Positions 27,605 to 36,402 of a stretch of DNA of 64,000 bases are shown one piece after another. Origin of the DNA: a virus. Its lineage: Duplodnaviria > Caudoviricetes. The stretch is taken from positions 1-64,000 of the IMG/VR virus record IMGVR_UViG_3300014204_000011; one strand, 5' to 3'. Numbering within the stretch: the first letter of the stretch is position 1; each line of letters opens with the position of its first letter. The notes beneath the pieces were generated by a model. It was not told the origin of the DNA. It worked only from the letters and a program-made list of their open reading frames with translations, and ran no database searches. A program made the position numbers and the translations under genes.

Positions 27605-28505
27605 TTTATCACTTCCAGTTCAATATCTACAAAATTCAATCCACCTTGTTTATTTTGAATATATTCTAAATTCTCAGGACAATTATCAAGTTTAACAAGA
27701 AAACATTTAGATAAAAATCCGGTTTCAGCTTCTTTTGAGATTATAGTTCCTTCTCCGTAACAAGTTTTAACTCTATCGTTTATTTTCACTTTACCTTCCT
27801 CCTGCACTCTTCTAATAAGCTTTCAAGCTTTTCTATTGTAGGATTACGGTCAAGAATAATCCGTACATATGTAATACTTCTATCAAGCAATAGGCTTAAT
27901 TTCTCTGTACTGCCTGCTCTGTGAATATAAAGCCCTATCTCTTTTGCGAGATAGAGCTTTAATTCTGTTCGGACTTCTTTATAGTTTTTACTGGTGATCA
28001 TTTATCCTCTGATTTTTTGAAAGTCTTTTTAGGTCTTTTACTGTCGTGATGTTTGACGTATGCCATAACTTCAACGTCTGACATATTCACTTGTAATGCT
28101 TTTTTAAACTGCTTAATGCTTTTTTGTGTCATTGTCCTTACCTTTTATCCCTTTTTTTATTTTTAATAAAGCTTTGATTCTTGCCTTGTAGTGTTCGTCA
28201 CTTTCTTCATAATATTTGAGCTTACCCGTAAAGTCATAGATCGGAATTGTAAAGTTTTTGTTTTTAAAATTTCTTACCCTTCTTAAAATACAATTCATAA
28301 CTTGCCTCTTTTTTAGATGGAAGATCTGGTTATTTTGCTATATACAAAATTGTGAAAAATATTTATTCATATCAATTTTTATTATTTTATTATTTTCTAG
28401 TTTAAAATAAAGATATTTATGACCAACTTTTACTAATGTTGAATTATTATGAAAAGGGTGAGAAAGTTTCCCAAGATTTTCAATGGTGTTGAAATATTTT
28501 TTCAT
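27601..28505 (-). CDS. leftward small ORFs (27601-27807, 27786-28001 HTH-like, 28113-28298, 28338-28505)
   Basis: ORF track plus manual translation; AAGGAG RBS before 28505. Confidence 0.55.
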
Positions 28506-28546
28506 TTTGTATCTCCTTTAAAATCAATCTCTTATCTATTTATACT

Positions 28547-28564
28547 ATTATCAAATCTGATAAT
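28547..28564. promoter_or_regulatory. palindromic operator-like site, copy 2, within divergent promoters
   Basis: ATTATCA-AATC-TGATAAT; minus-strand TTGACA at 28573-28568; plus-strand TTGACA at 28619-28624. Confidence 0.6.
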
Positions 28565-28673
28565 GTTTGTCAACAATAAAAGTTAAAATTTTTTACTTTT
28601 TTTGATTTTTTTTCGTACTTGACAAAATCTGAATTTATTATGTAAATAAACCATTATTAACCAGGAGTTATTT

Positions 28674-30686
28674 ATGAATAGAGATCAAATAATTGATTTA
28701 ATAGATAGACAAATAGACTTTACTGATATGAAAAAAGCTGGTCTTGCACTGCAAAAACATTATGAAATTAATTCAAGACGCATGGAAGCAATAGATGTTA
28801 AAAACTGTCTTGCTAATGGTCATCCAATTGCCATACAGGGAAAATTGATTATTGGTTATGATATGCAAAAAGCTTTTGAAAGTAGTGATAGCGAATTTTT
28901 TGATATAGAAAGACCGGTTGAAGCTATTGAAATTGTTGAAACTCTTCCAGAGCGAGAATATTTCGCTATTGTAGGTCGTAACGAATGGGGAGATATTTCA
29001 GAATTTAATAATATCATAGGTGATTTAAGACTTGGTGAAATATATCTGCCTAAACATTCTGCAATATTCAACTTCTTAAATCCTACGGAAAAGACTAAAA
29101 AAGAAAAAATTCAAAGTGTTCTTAACGGAGTTCAAGTAATTGTTTATGAAAGAGAAAACTATGTAGATAACTGCTTCCATGAGATCGGACACCTGTTCTG
29201 GAGAACTTGTACAAGATTTGAAGAAAAGATGCAATTTAAAGAATTATTTAAACATTTACGAACATCTTGTATTTATGAATACGAATGGGAGCGAAGTACG
29301 GAAGAAGAGGTTTTTTGTACAATTTATAAATGGTATATGAAGTCTGTGCTTATAAACAAGAGTTTTTACAACATACTTGAATACGAAGAAAGCTATGGAC
29401 TTAAATTATTACAAAGTGTTTTTGACCGTATCGCTAAAGAACGGATCATTGACGATATATGGGAAATGAGCAAAGAAGATGTTATTGAATATTTAAACCC
29501 TCCCCTGGATAAAACGACCGGAAAATATATTCGTAAATCAGGTATGTTTGATAAGATTAAAGATATAGAACTGCCTGAAAGCATATTGAACCGGATTGAA
29601 AGCGTACAGAATGGACAGGCTTTTGTTGGGCTTGGTAAAGCCGTAGTGCCGGTTAATAATAATCTGATTGATTTTGATAGAATTAAAATGATACCTTTGG
29701 AGAAAGCTAATGGTAAACCAACAATATATCTCGATCAAGATGGAATTGTTACAAATTTTGCAGAAGCCTACAAGATAGCCTTTAATCGTGATGTATTTAA
29801 AGATGACAGTTTTACAGTGACAGAAATGTGTAAAACTGAGCCAAGATTTTTCTTAACTATACCAGTATTACAGCGTGGTAAAGAATTATATAATCGCTTG
29901 GTTAAAAAGTATAATATAATATTTCTCACAACCGCTATGGATGAACTTGAATATTGTAGATCTGATAAAGTGACTTGGCTTAAACAGAATATATGTTCAG
30001 AGCCTACAATAATATTTTCTGATAATAAAGCTGATTATGCACATTCTGAAAAAGATATACTCGTGGATGATATGGCTCATAATTTAACCGCATTTTATGA
30101 AGCTGGAGGGACTGCAATCAATTTTAATTCTATGTCGAATGATGAGATAATGCAAAAGATTGCAGAGACATTAAATCCACAGGAAGAAATAAGACAGATA
30201 AAGCAACAAATTAAAGAAATGAAAGTTAATGTAGAGCCGAGTGAAAAACAAAAAGAGAATGGAAATTACGCTAAAGGAAAAATAATATTTAAACAGATAC
30301 CAATAACTATAGAAAATCCAAAGGGAAGTATAAGATCAGGCATAGGCGCAAACGGTGTGAAATGGTTGTCTAAAATGAGTTCACACTACGGATATATTAA
30401 AGGTACTGAAGGCAATGATGGAGATGAAATTGATTGCTTTATTGGAGATGATTTCAGCACAAACAAAGCCTTTGTTGTAAACCAGGGTTTTAATAATTTA
30501 TTCGATGAGCATAAAATTCTCCTCGGTTTTAATACAATAGAGGATGCCAGAACCGCTTTTCTGAAATGTTATTCTAAAGGTTGGGAAAAGAATATCATGA
30601 ACATAGTACCGACCAATACAAAAGTGTTGAGACAGTGGCTAAAGACCGGCAATTATAAAGAGCCGTTTAGTGGTGAGTTTAAATAA
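28674..30686 (+). CDS. polyvalent protein: zincin-like domain + HAD 5'(3')-nucleotidase-like domain + inorganic pyrophosphatase domain
   Basis: HEIGH; IYLDQDG...LVDD; IENPKGSIRSG...HYGYIKGTEGNDGDEIDCF...DEHKILLGF. Confidence 0.85.
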   Translation: MNRDQIIDLIDRQIDFTDMKKAGLALQKHYEINSRRMEAIDVKNCLANGHPIAIQGKLIIGYDMQKAFESSDSEFFDIERPVEAIEIVETLPEREYFAIVGRNEWGDISEFNNIIGDLRLGEIYLPKHSAIFNFLNPTEKTKKEKIQSVLNGVQVIVYERENYVDNCFHEIGHLFWRTCTRFEEKMQFKELFKHLRTSCIYEYEWERSTEEEVFCTIYKWYMKSVLINKSFYNILEYEESYGLKLLQSVFDRIAKERIIDDIWEMSKEDVIEYLNPPLDKTTGKYIRKSGMFDKIKDIELPESILNRIESVQNGQAFVGLGKAVVPVNNNLIDFDRIKMIPLEKANGKPTIYLDQDGIVTNFAEAYKIAFNRDVFKDDSFTVTEMCKTEPRFFLTIPVLQRGKELYNRLVKKYNIIFLTTAMDELEYCRSDKVTWLKQNICSEPTIIFSDNKADYAHSEKDILVDDMAHNLTAFYEAGGTAINFNSMSNDEIMQKIAETLNPQEEIRQIKQQIKEMKVNVEPSEKQKENGNYAKGKIIFKQIPITIENPKGSIRSGIGANGVKWLSKMSSHYGYIKGTEGNDGDEIDCFIGDDFSTNKAFVVNQGFNNLFDEHKILLGFNTIEDARTAFLKCYSKGWEKNIMNIVPTNTKVLRQWLKTGNYKEPFSGEFK

Positions 30687-31456
30687 TGCTTTATTTAAAG
30701 GTTGGTGAGAACAAATATATAAAGCTTGAAAGTCTTGAAAAGGCTAGAAGTCATAAATATGTAAGTAGAAAGCCTGATGGAAAGGGTGGGTGGAAATATT
30801 TTTATGCGGATAAAGATAATAAACCTTCGGTAAGAATGGCTAATTACAATGACAAATCTTTAAGAATTTATAACAATTTTGAAGGTAATATTTTTAGTGA
30901 AAGGCATGGAATAATACAATCAACAAGTAAACAGTCTATCATTAAAAGTATTGAAGTTGAAAAAGAAATTGTTAAGAATACAGATTTTGAAACCGGCGCA
31001 GCTTTTGACAAAAATGGGAAACTTCTAATAAAGAAAAAAGGTGTTTATGATAAAGTTAATTTTGTAGATCCTGAATACAGAATAATAAATGGTTCGGAAA
31101 TTTTTACACATAATCATCCAGAAGACAAATCTTTTAGTGATGACGATCTTATTTTCGCTCTTGTTTTAGGCATTAAAGAAATGCGAATTATATCTCCCTT
31201 AAAAACATATTCTTTTAAAATTAGCCATAAAAATAAATCTAAAGATTTACAAGAACTTTCTGATAATATAAAATATTATCAGAAAAAAATAATTCAACAT
31301 CAAAAAATTATTCAATCTGAGAATAGTGATTTAATGAATCAAAATCCTGATGAATATTTTTTAAAAAAAGATCATAAAGTGATAGAATCACTAAAGAATG
31401 ATTCTAATTTTTTAAAACATTTTAACATAAATTACGAGGTAAAAAATAATGAATGA
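30686..31456 (+). CDS. leader + KY..R.P.G.GG motif + JAB/JAMM-like toxin domain
   Basis: LEKA-RSHKYVSRKPDGKGGWKYFY; E...THNHPEDKSFSDDD. Confidence 0.7.
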   Translation: MLYLKVGENKYIKLESLEKARSHKYVSRKPDGKGGWKYFYADKDNKPSVRMANYNDKSLRIYNNFEGNIFSERHGIIQSTSKQSIIKSIEVEKEIVKNTDFETGAAFDKNGKLLIKKKGVYDKVNFVDPEYRIINGSEIFTHNHPEDKSFSDDDLIFALVLGIKEMRIISPLKTYSFKISHKNKSKDLQELSDNIKYYQKKIIQHQKIIQSENSDLMNQNPDEYFLKKDHKVIESLKNDSNFLKHFNINYEVKNNE

Positions 31457-31800
31457 TAATTTTTTTAATCCCATAAGTAAGGAAACGAAAGAAAAAGGTT
31501 TTTTTTCTTTAGGAGGTATGGAAAAAGATATAAAGAGGCAAGAAGAATTAAAGAATATAAACCTTAAAGATTTGGAAAAAGAAATAGAAGAACTGGAGAA
31601 GAGATTGGATCATGAATAATATTGAAATAAAAAATCCTGAAGTCCATATTGACGGATCTTCTAATAAATTATTTTATATTTTTGCAGATAAAGTCTTTAA
31701 AACAGGTAATAATCAAACCGAAAAAGAACAGCTAAAAGTTAAAATCAATAAATCAATACTTAATATCGAAGAAAAAAATATGCTATTAGGTTTTTTATGA
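31449..31800 (+). CDS. two small ORFs (31449-31619, 31612-31800)
   Basis: manual translation and ORF track; coupled overlaps. Confidence 0.5.
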
Positions 31801-32075
31801 CAGATTTAGAGAGTAGAAATTATCGTAAAGTTTTTCATCCAAATGGAATGAGTATAGATACTATAGATATGAATGAATCTTTTAAATGGGAGAAATCTTG
31901 TGAATATAGTTTTTCTGAAAAATCAAAACTTATAACTAAGATATTAACAAAATATGGTATTGAGGATGAAATAATAGTTCAAAGATTAAAGAAATGTTTA
32001 CCAAAAGGTAAAAATGAATTTTTATCTTATACAGATAATGAATACGAATCATTAATAAAGGAGTTTAACTTATGA
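31797..32075 (+). CDS. putative immunity protein, paralogue A
   Basis: shares SEKSK.I.KIL...Y...R.KKCLP.G.N...DNEY..L.KEFNL with 36056-36361. Confidence 0.6.
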   Translation: MTDLESRNYRKVFHPNGMSIDTIDMNESFKWEKSCEYSFSEKSKLITKILTKYGIEDEIIVQRLKKCLPKGKNEFLSYTDNEYESLIKEFNL

Positions 32076-35000
32076 AAACAAAAATAGACTTCTCGCTCTA
32101 TACTCCTCAGATGTTGCGTGATCAGATTCAAGAAGAGCTTTTAAAAGTCGATGATGCAAAGCAAGCGTCATACAATGCAATTGTTTTTCTCAATAATTTA
32201 TATGGAGCAAAGAACATGCAGAAGGCAAAAGAACTTTCCAAACTTATAAAAAAACAAATTATTGATAAAACTGGTAAATCAACTACAGTTTATGTCAAAC
32301 CCGAAGGATCTAAAACTGAATGGCTAAATAAATTCATTAGTTTCTTTGGATTTAGTAATGCAGGTCAAGCTAATCAGCGTATTGAACAGGATTATAAAAA
32401 GCTTGAACTTGATAAAAAAGGCGTGACCTGGTCAGATTGGAAAAGTCATGTAAGTGAATATTTCAGCAATAAAGATAAATGGGACAGATTTTTTTCAGGT
32501 AAATCTTCAGAGAAAAAAGCTACAGAAAAAAAAGAAGATGCAAAAGCAAAGAAAGCTGAAAAGAAACCGGTTAAGCAGACTTTTAAATTATCTCTCATGA
32601 AAGTAGTTGCAGGATTGTACGGTAAAGCTCCGGAGAAGAAGAAAGAAGAACCGGTAAAGGCGGTTGAAAAACCCATTGAAAAACCTATCGAAAAGCCAGT
32701 CGAAAACAATTTTGATACTATGCCAGAAACCGTTGCAGAACCTGAACCAGAACCAGTTAAAGAAGAGCCTGTTAAATCAGGTGAAGAAACTCTTCAGGGT
32801 AAATTCGATAGATGGAAAACAGGAGATTTAACAGGTGTTGAAGGTCATAAATTTAATATGACTAAAACTATGATGGGTAAAGGTGGTCCTAAAACATTTT
32901 TTAATGAAATTATTATAGAGAAAATATCAAATGGATTTATGAGTTATGTTGATGCTGTAGGTGGTAGGGAAAGTTTTTCAGGTGGCATTTCTGAAAAAGG
33001 GTTTATTAATGATTTAAAAAATGGTTCGATGATTCCCGTAGGTCTGGAAAAAACCATTGATACCGGTAACGGATCTAAGATTGAAGCTGTTAAAGCCTAC
33101 ACTCCTGAACAGAGAAAAGAGGTTAATGCCGATGCTAAAGAAGCGGCGAGAGAGGGTTATTTTAACGAACGACCGGCTGAGATATTAAATGTCGGTAAAG
33201 ATGTATGGGGTGCAGCTAGACATAATTATGATACTTATCAGCAAATGAACGCTGATGTAAATCAAATGGAAAAAGAAGGAACTGCACAAGCATATGTAAC
33301 AAAGAAGAACCTTTTCGGAGATTATGGACTTGCCAATAAAGATGAAAGAGTTGGCAAAGGTGAAACCGAATATAAGGTATTAGCAAGTTTTGTAATGAGA
33401 GAATATCTTTCTAAAATGCCTCCGAATAATCCTACAGATAGAGCAATGTATATGGATTTTTGTCGTGCCATTTCAAGACTTGATCAAAATACAACTGATG
33501 CTAAAACATTTTATTTTGGTATGGCTGAGACTTTTGCTCAGATGTTTCCGATAGAAGCACAAAAACCAGCCACTCCTGGACAGGGTATAAGCGTACTTGA
33601 TATGATACCACAGAATAGAAAAGGTAAAAAACCTGAAGACATTATAGGCCCTGTTCTTACGGCTTTATTCTATTCACTGAATCAGCAGGCTAATCAGAGC
33701 CGGAACATATATTACGGTATGGATAAGAAAGAACGTAAGCAGATGGATGTAATGAGTGCAGCACTTCTAGCTGAAATCGGTAAGACTAATAAGACTTATA
33801 ATGAACTTGAAGTTATGATTTTTGGAGAAACAAAACTATCCGGCATTAAAATGAAAAAAGGTGATGCGGTTGTGTTTGCTGAAAATCTTGCTGATCATGT
33901 TTATGCTATAAGAATAGATTATGCTAGTGATGAAGATAAATTAAAGCATGATGCTTTAATAAAAGAAATTAATAATATTGGAGCAGATGGTCATTTTCTA
34001 TATCTTTCAAATAAAGAAAAAGAAAAGAAATTACCTGAACTCAATAAGAAATATGGAACTAATTTTACTATGGATAAATCGTGGGAAGTTACGAAATATA
34101 TAGATGAATTAGTAAGAGAAAAATCAGTTGAAGCTGCTAAATATAGAATAAGAACTAAAATTTTCCCAGAAGAAAAAGGACAGATTATAAAAGTTGGTAA
34201 AAGTGATATAGAGGTTGCATTCAAATTTCCTAATGGAACAATTAAAGGTTTTAGAATGAAACCAAGTGAATTAAAACCTGAGAATGTAGAATCTATTTCA
34301 AAAGACATAAAAAGGAAAGAGACACTAATATTGAATCTTGCCGTTGAAAAAAAAGTAATTCGTAAAGGTGGTAAAGATTTCTCAGGTCTTTCAATTACTG
34401 AACTTCAAAATAAACTTACCGAAGATTTTAAATTCAAAGCTATTCAGTACGGAAACAGTGTACCAGATGACGAAAGACAGTATCATACACAATGGACTCT
34501 TGAATCAATGTCTGATCTTGAAGATATTACAGGCATACCATTAGAGCAACTTACAGCACGGGGTAAACTTGGTATAGCTTTTGGAGCAAGAGGTAAGCCT
34601 ATCCCTGGAATTGGAGCAGGTGCTTTAGCTCATTATGAACCTACAACTAAAATGATAAATATTACCCGTGCCAATGGTTACGGCAGTCTTGCTCATGAGT
34701 GGGCGCATTTCGCCGATAATATTTTATCACCAGATATGAATGATTATATTACTATTCAGCCCAAAGCTATTGTAAAAGAAGTAAACTCTTCTAATATTAA
34801 AATAGGTTCGATTTATGAACACGAAACAAGGAAAGGTAAAAAGACAATTACAGAAAGATACTATTATGATGGTAAAGATCCAGAATGGCCTTTTGCTAAA
34901 TTAAATAATGGTCAGAGTGAACCCGATAGTAAATCAATGCACTCTAACTTTTATAAATTTAAAAACGGGCAATCTCTAAAAGTTTTAGAACCTGATAATT

Positions 35001-35428
35001 TACCTTTTATGGAGATAGCTTCTAAAATTGCAAGATTATCACAACAGTCTTTGCACGATCAAGCCAATAAGATCGATGATGGAATAAACAAAAAGCATAT
35101 ATTAGAAGATCCATATTTAAATGACAGAAAAGAATGTTTCGCCAGAGCTTTTGAAATATATATTGCAGATAAACTCAAAGAAAAGGGAAGAGTGAATACA
35201 TATCTTGTAAGTCATAGAAAAACATTTGAACAGGATGGAGCTTCAATTTATCCGCAGGGAACATTTAGAACCGAAATAAACAAAATGTTTGATGAGTTTT
35301 TTATAGAAATAAACAAAAATCAGGAGATGAAAAAAGCAATAGACAAATTATTAAAACAGAATAAAAATGTTTATATAAAGAAACTCAATCCCATAACTCA
35401 AAAGCCCGAATACAGGAAGGTAAAGTGA
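32072..35428 (+). CDS. large polyvalent protein with LPD1-like C-terminal domain
   Basis: 1118 aa; LGIAFGARG, AHYEP, GSLAHEWAHFADN and ECFARAFEIYIADKL...NTYL. Confidence 0.8.
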   Translation: MKTKIDFSLYTPQMLRDQIQEELLKVDDAKQASYNAIVFLNNLYGAKNMQKAKELSKLIKKQIIDKTGKSTTVYVKPEGSKTEWLNKFISFFGFSNAGQANQRIEQDYKKLELDKKGVTWSDWKSHVSEYFSNKDKWDRFFSGKSSEKKATEKKEDAKAKKAEKKPVKQTFKLSLMKVVAGLYGKAPEKKKEEPVKAVEKPIEKPIEKPVENNFDTMPETVAEPEPEPVKEEPVKSGEETLQGKFDRWKTGDLTGVEGHKFNMTKTMMGKGGPKTFFNEIIIEKISNGFMSYVDAVGGRESFSGGISEKGFINDLKNGSMIPVGLEKTIDTGNGSKIEAVKAYTPEQRKEVNADAKEAAREGYFNERPAEILNVGKDVWGAARHNYDTYQQMNADVNQMEKEGTAQAYVTKKNLFGDYGLANKDERVGKGETEYKVLASFVMREYLSKMPPNNPTDRAMYMDFCRAISRLDQNTTDAKTFYFGMAETFAQMFPIEAQKPATPGQGISVLDMIPQNRKGKKPEDIIGPVLTALFYSLNQQANQSRNIYYGMDKKERKQMDVMSAALLAEIGKTNKTYNELEVMIFGETKLSGIKMKKGDAVVFAENLADHVYAIRIDYASDEDKLKHDALIKEINNIGADGHFLYLSNKEKEKKLPELNKKYGTNFTMDKSWEVTKYIDELVREKSVEAAKYRIRTKIFPEEKGQIIKVGKSDIEVAFKFPNGTIKGFRMKPSELKPENVESISKDIKRKETLILNLAVEKKVIRKGGKDFSGLSITELQNKLTEDFKFKAIQYGNSVPDDERQYHTQWTLESMSDLEDITGIPLEQLTARGKLGIAFGARGKPIPGIGAGALAHYEPTTKMINITRANGYGSLAHEWAHFADNILSPDMNDYITIQPKAIVKEVNSSNIKIGSIYEHETRKGKKTITERYYYDGKDPEWPFAKLNNGQSEPDSKSMHSNFYKFKNGQSLKVLEPDNLPFMEIASKIARLSQQSLHDQANKIDDGINKKHILEDPYLNDRKECFARAFEIYIADKLKEKGRVNTYLVSHRKTFEQDGASIYPQGTFRTEINKMFDEFFIEINKNQEMKKAIDKLLKQNKNVYIKKLNPITQKPEYRKVK

Positions 35429-36072
35429 CTAACAGACTTATAATTAAACTGGCTGATGGTCTTTATATAGATTTAAGTAAAGCCCGAAGTCATAAATATA
35501 TCAGTCGCAAACCTGATGGTAAAGGAGGTTGGATTTATACTTATTATAAAAAACCTGTTGGAAATAGTTATGCTGTAAATTATAATGATATGAGAGATTT
35601 TGATTATGAAAAAGCAGTTCAAATATATAAAGATACAGAATCTATAAGAAATATTAAAAATTATGAACATTCAAAAATATATGATAATAAAGGGATAGTG
35701 TTACTTTATAAAATATTTCCTAAAACTGGAGGGAGTTTTACTAATGAAGAATTAAATAAAATTGAAAATTCAAAATTATTAATACATAATCATCCTTCAG
35801 GAGATTCTTTTTCCACAAAAGATATTCAGTTAATTATCGAAAAAAATATAAATGAAATTAGAGCCATAGGTCAAAAAGAAAAAACAAAAACTATTTTTTC
35901 TTTAAAATTGGAAAAACAAATTCCAATTGAATTAAAAAGAGATTTATTGAATTACCATTTTAGCTTATGGAATATAAATAAAACAACTGGAGATAAATTT
36001 TTTGCTCATAAAACAATGCAAGATTTTATAAAAGTTTATGGAGAATATTTTAAATATGAAAGAATTAAATAA
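35425..36072 (+). CDS. leader + KY..R.P.G.GG motif + JAB/JAMM-like toxin domain (paralogue)
   Basis: LSKA-RSHKYISRKPDGKGGWIYTY; E...IHNHPSGDSFSTKD. Confidence 0.7.
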   Translation: MTNRLIIKLADGLYIDLSKARSHKYISRKPDGKGGWIYTYYKKPVGNSYAVNYNDMRDFDYEKAVQIYKDTESIRNIKNYEHSKIYDNKGIVLLYKIFPKTGGSFTNEELNKIENSKLLIHNHPSGDSFSTKDIQLIIEKNINEIRAIGQKEKTKTIFSLKLEKQIPIELKRDLLNYHFSLWNINKTTGDKFFAHKTMQDFIKVYGEYFKYERIK

Positions 36073-36361
36073 AAAAGATTTTAAAAGAAATAAAATTTAT
36101 CATGAATTGTTTTATCCAAATTCGCCTTTAGGTTTAGATGGAGAAGAAATGTCTTCTGAAAAATTTGCGGAAAAAATAAAATCTTCTAAAATATCTGAAT
36201 CAGAAAAAAGTAAAATAATTAAAATATTGATACAAAATTATGATTTTATAGATAAAAATATATACAACAGAATAAAAAAATGTCTACCAAATGGATTTAA
36301 TTCAATGTATTCAATAGAGGATAACGAATATTTTGAATTAAAAAAAGAGTTTAATTTATAA
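36056..36361 (+). CDS. putative immunity protein, paralogue B
   Basis: overlaps the stop of the JAB gene; paralogous to 31797-32075. Confidence 0.6.
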   Translation: MKELNKKDFKRNKIYHELFYPNSPLGLDGEEMSSEKFAEKIKSSKISESEKSKIIKILIQNYDFIDKNIYNRIKKCLPNGFNSMYSIEDNEYFELKKEFNL

Positions 36362-36402
36362 AAAAACATGAATATTATTAATAAAATGGAAGGTTAAATA
36401 AC

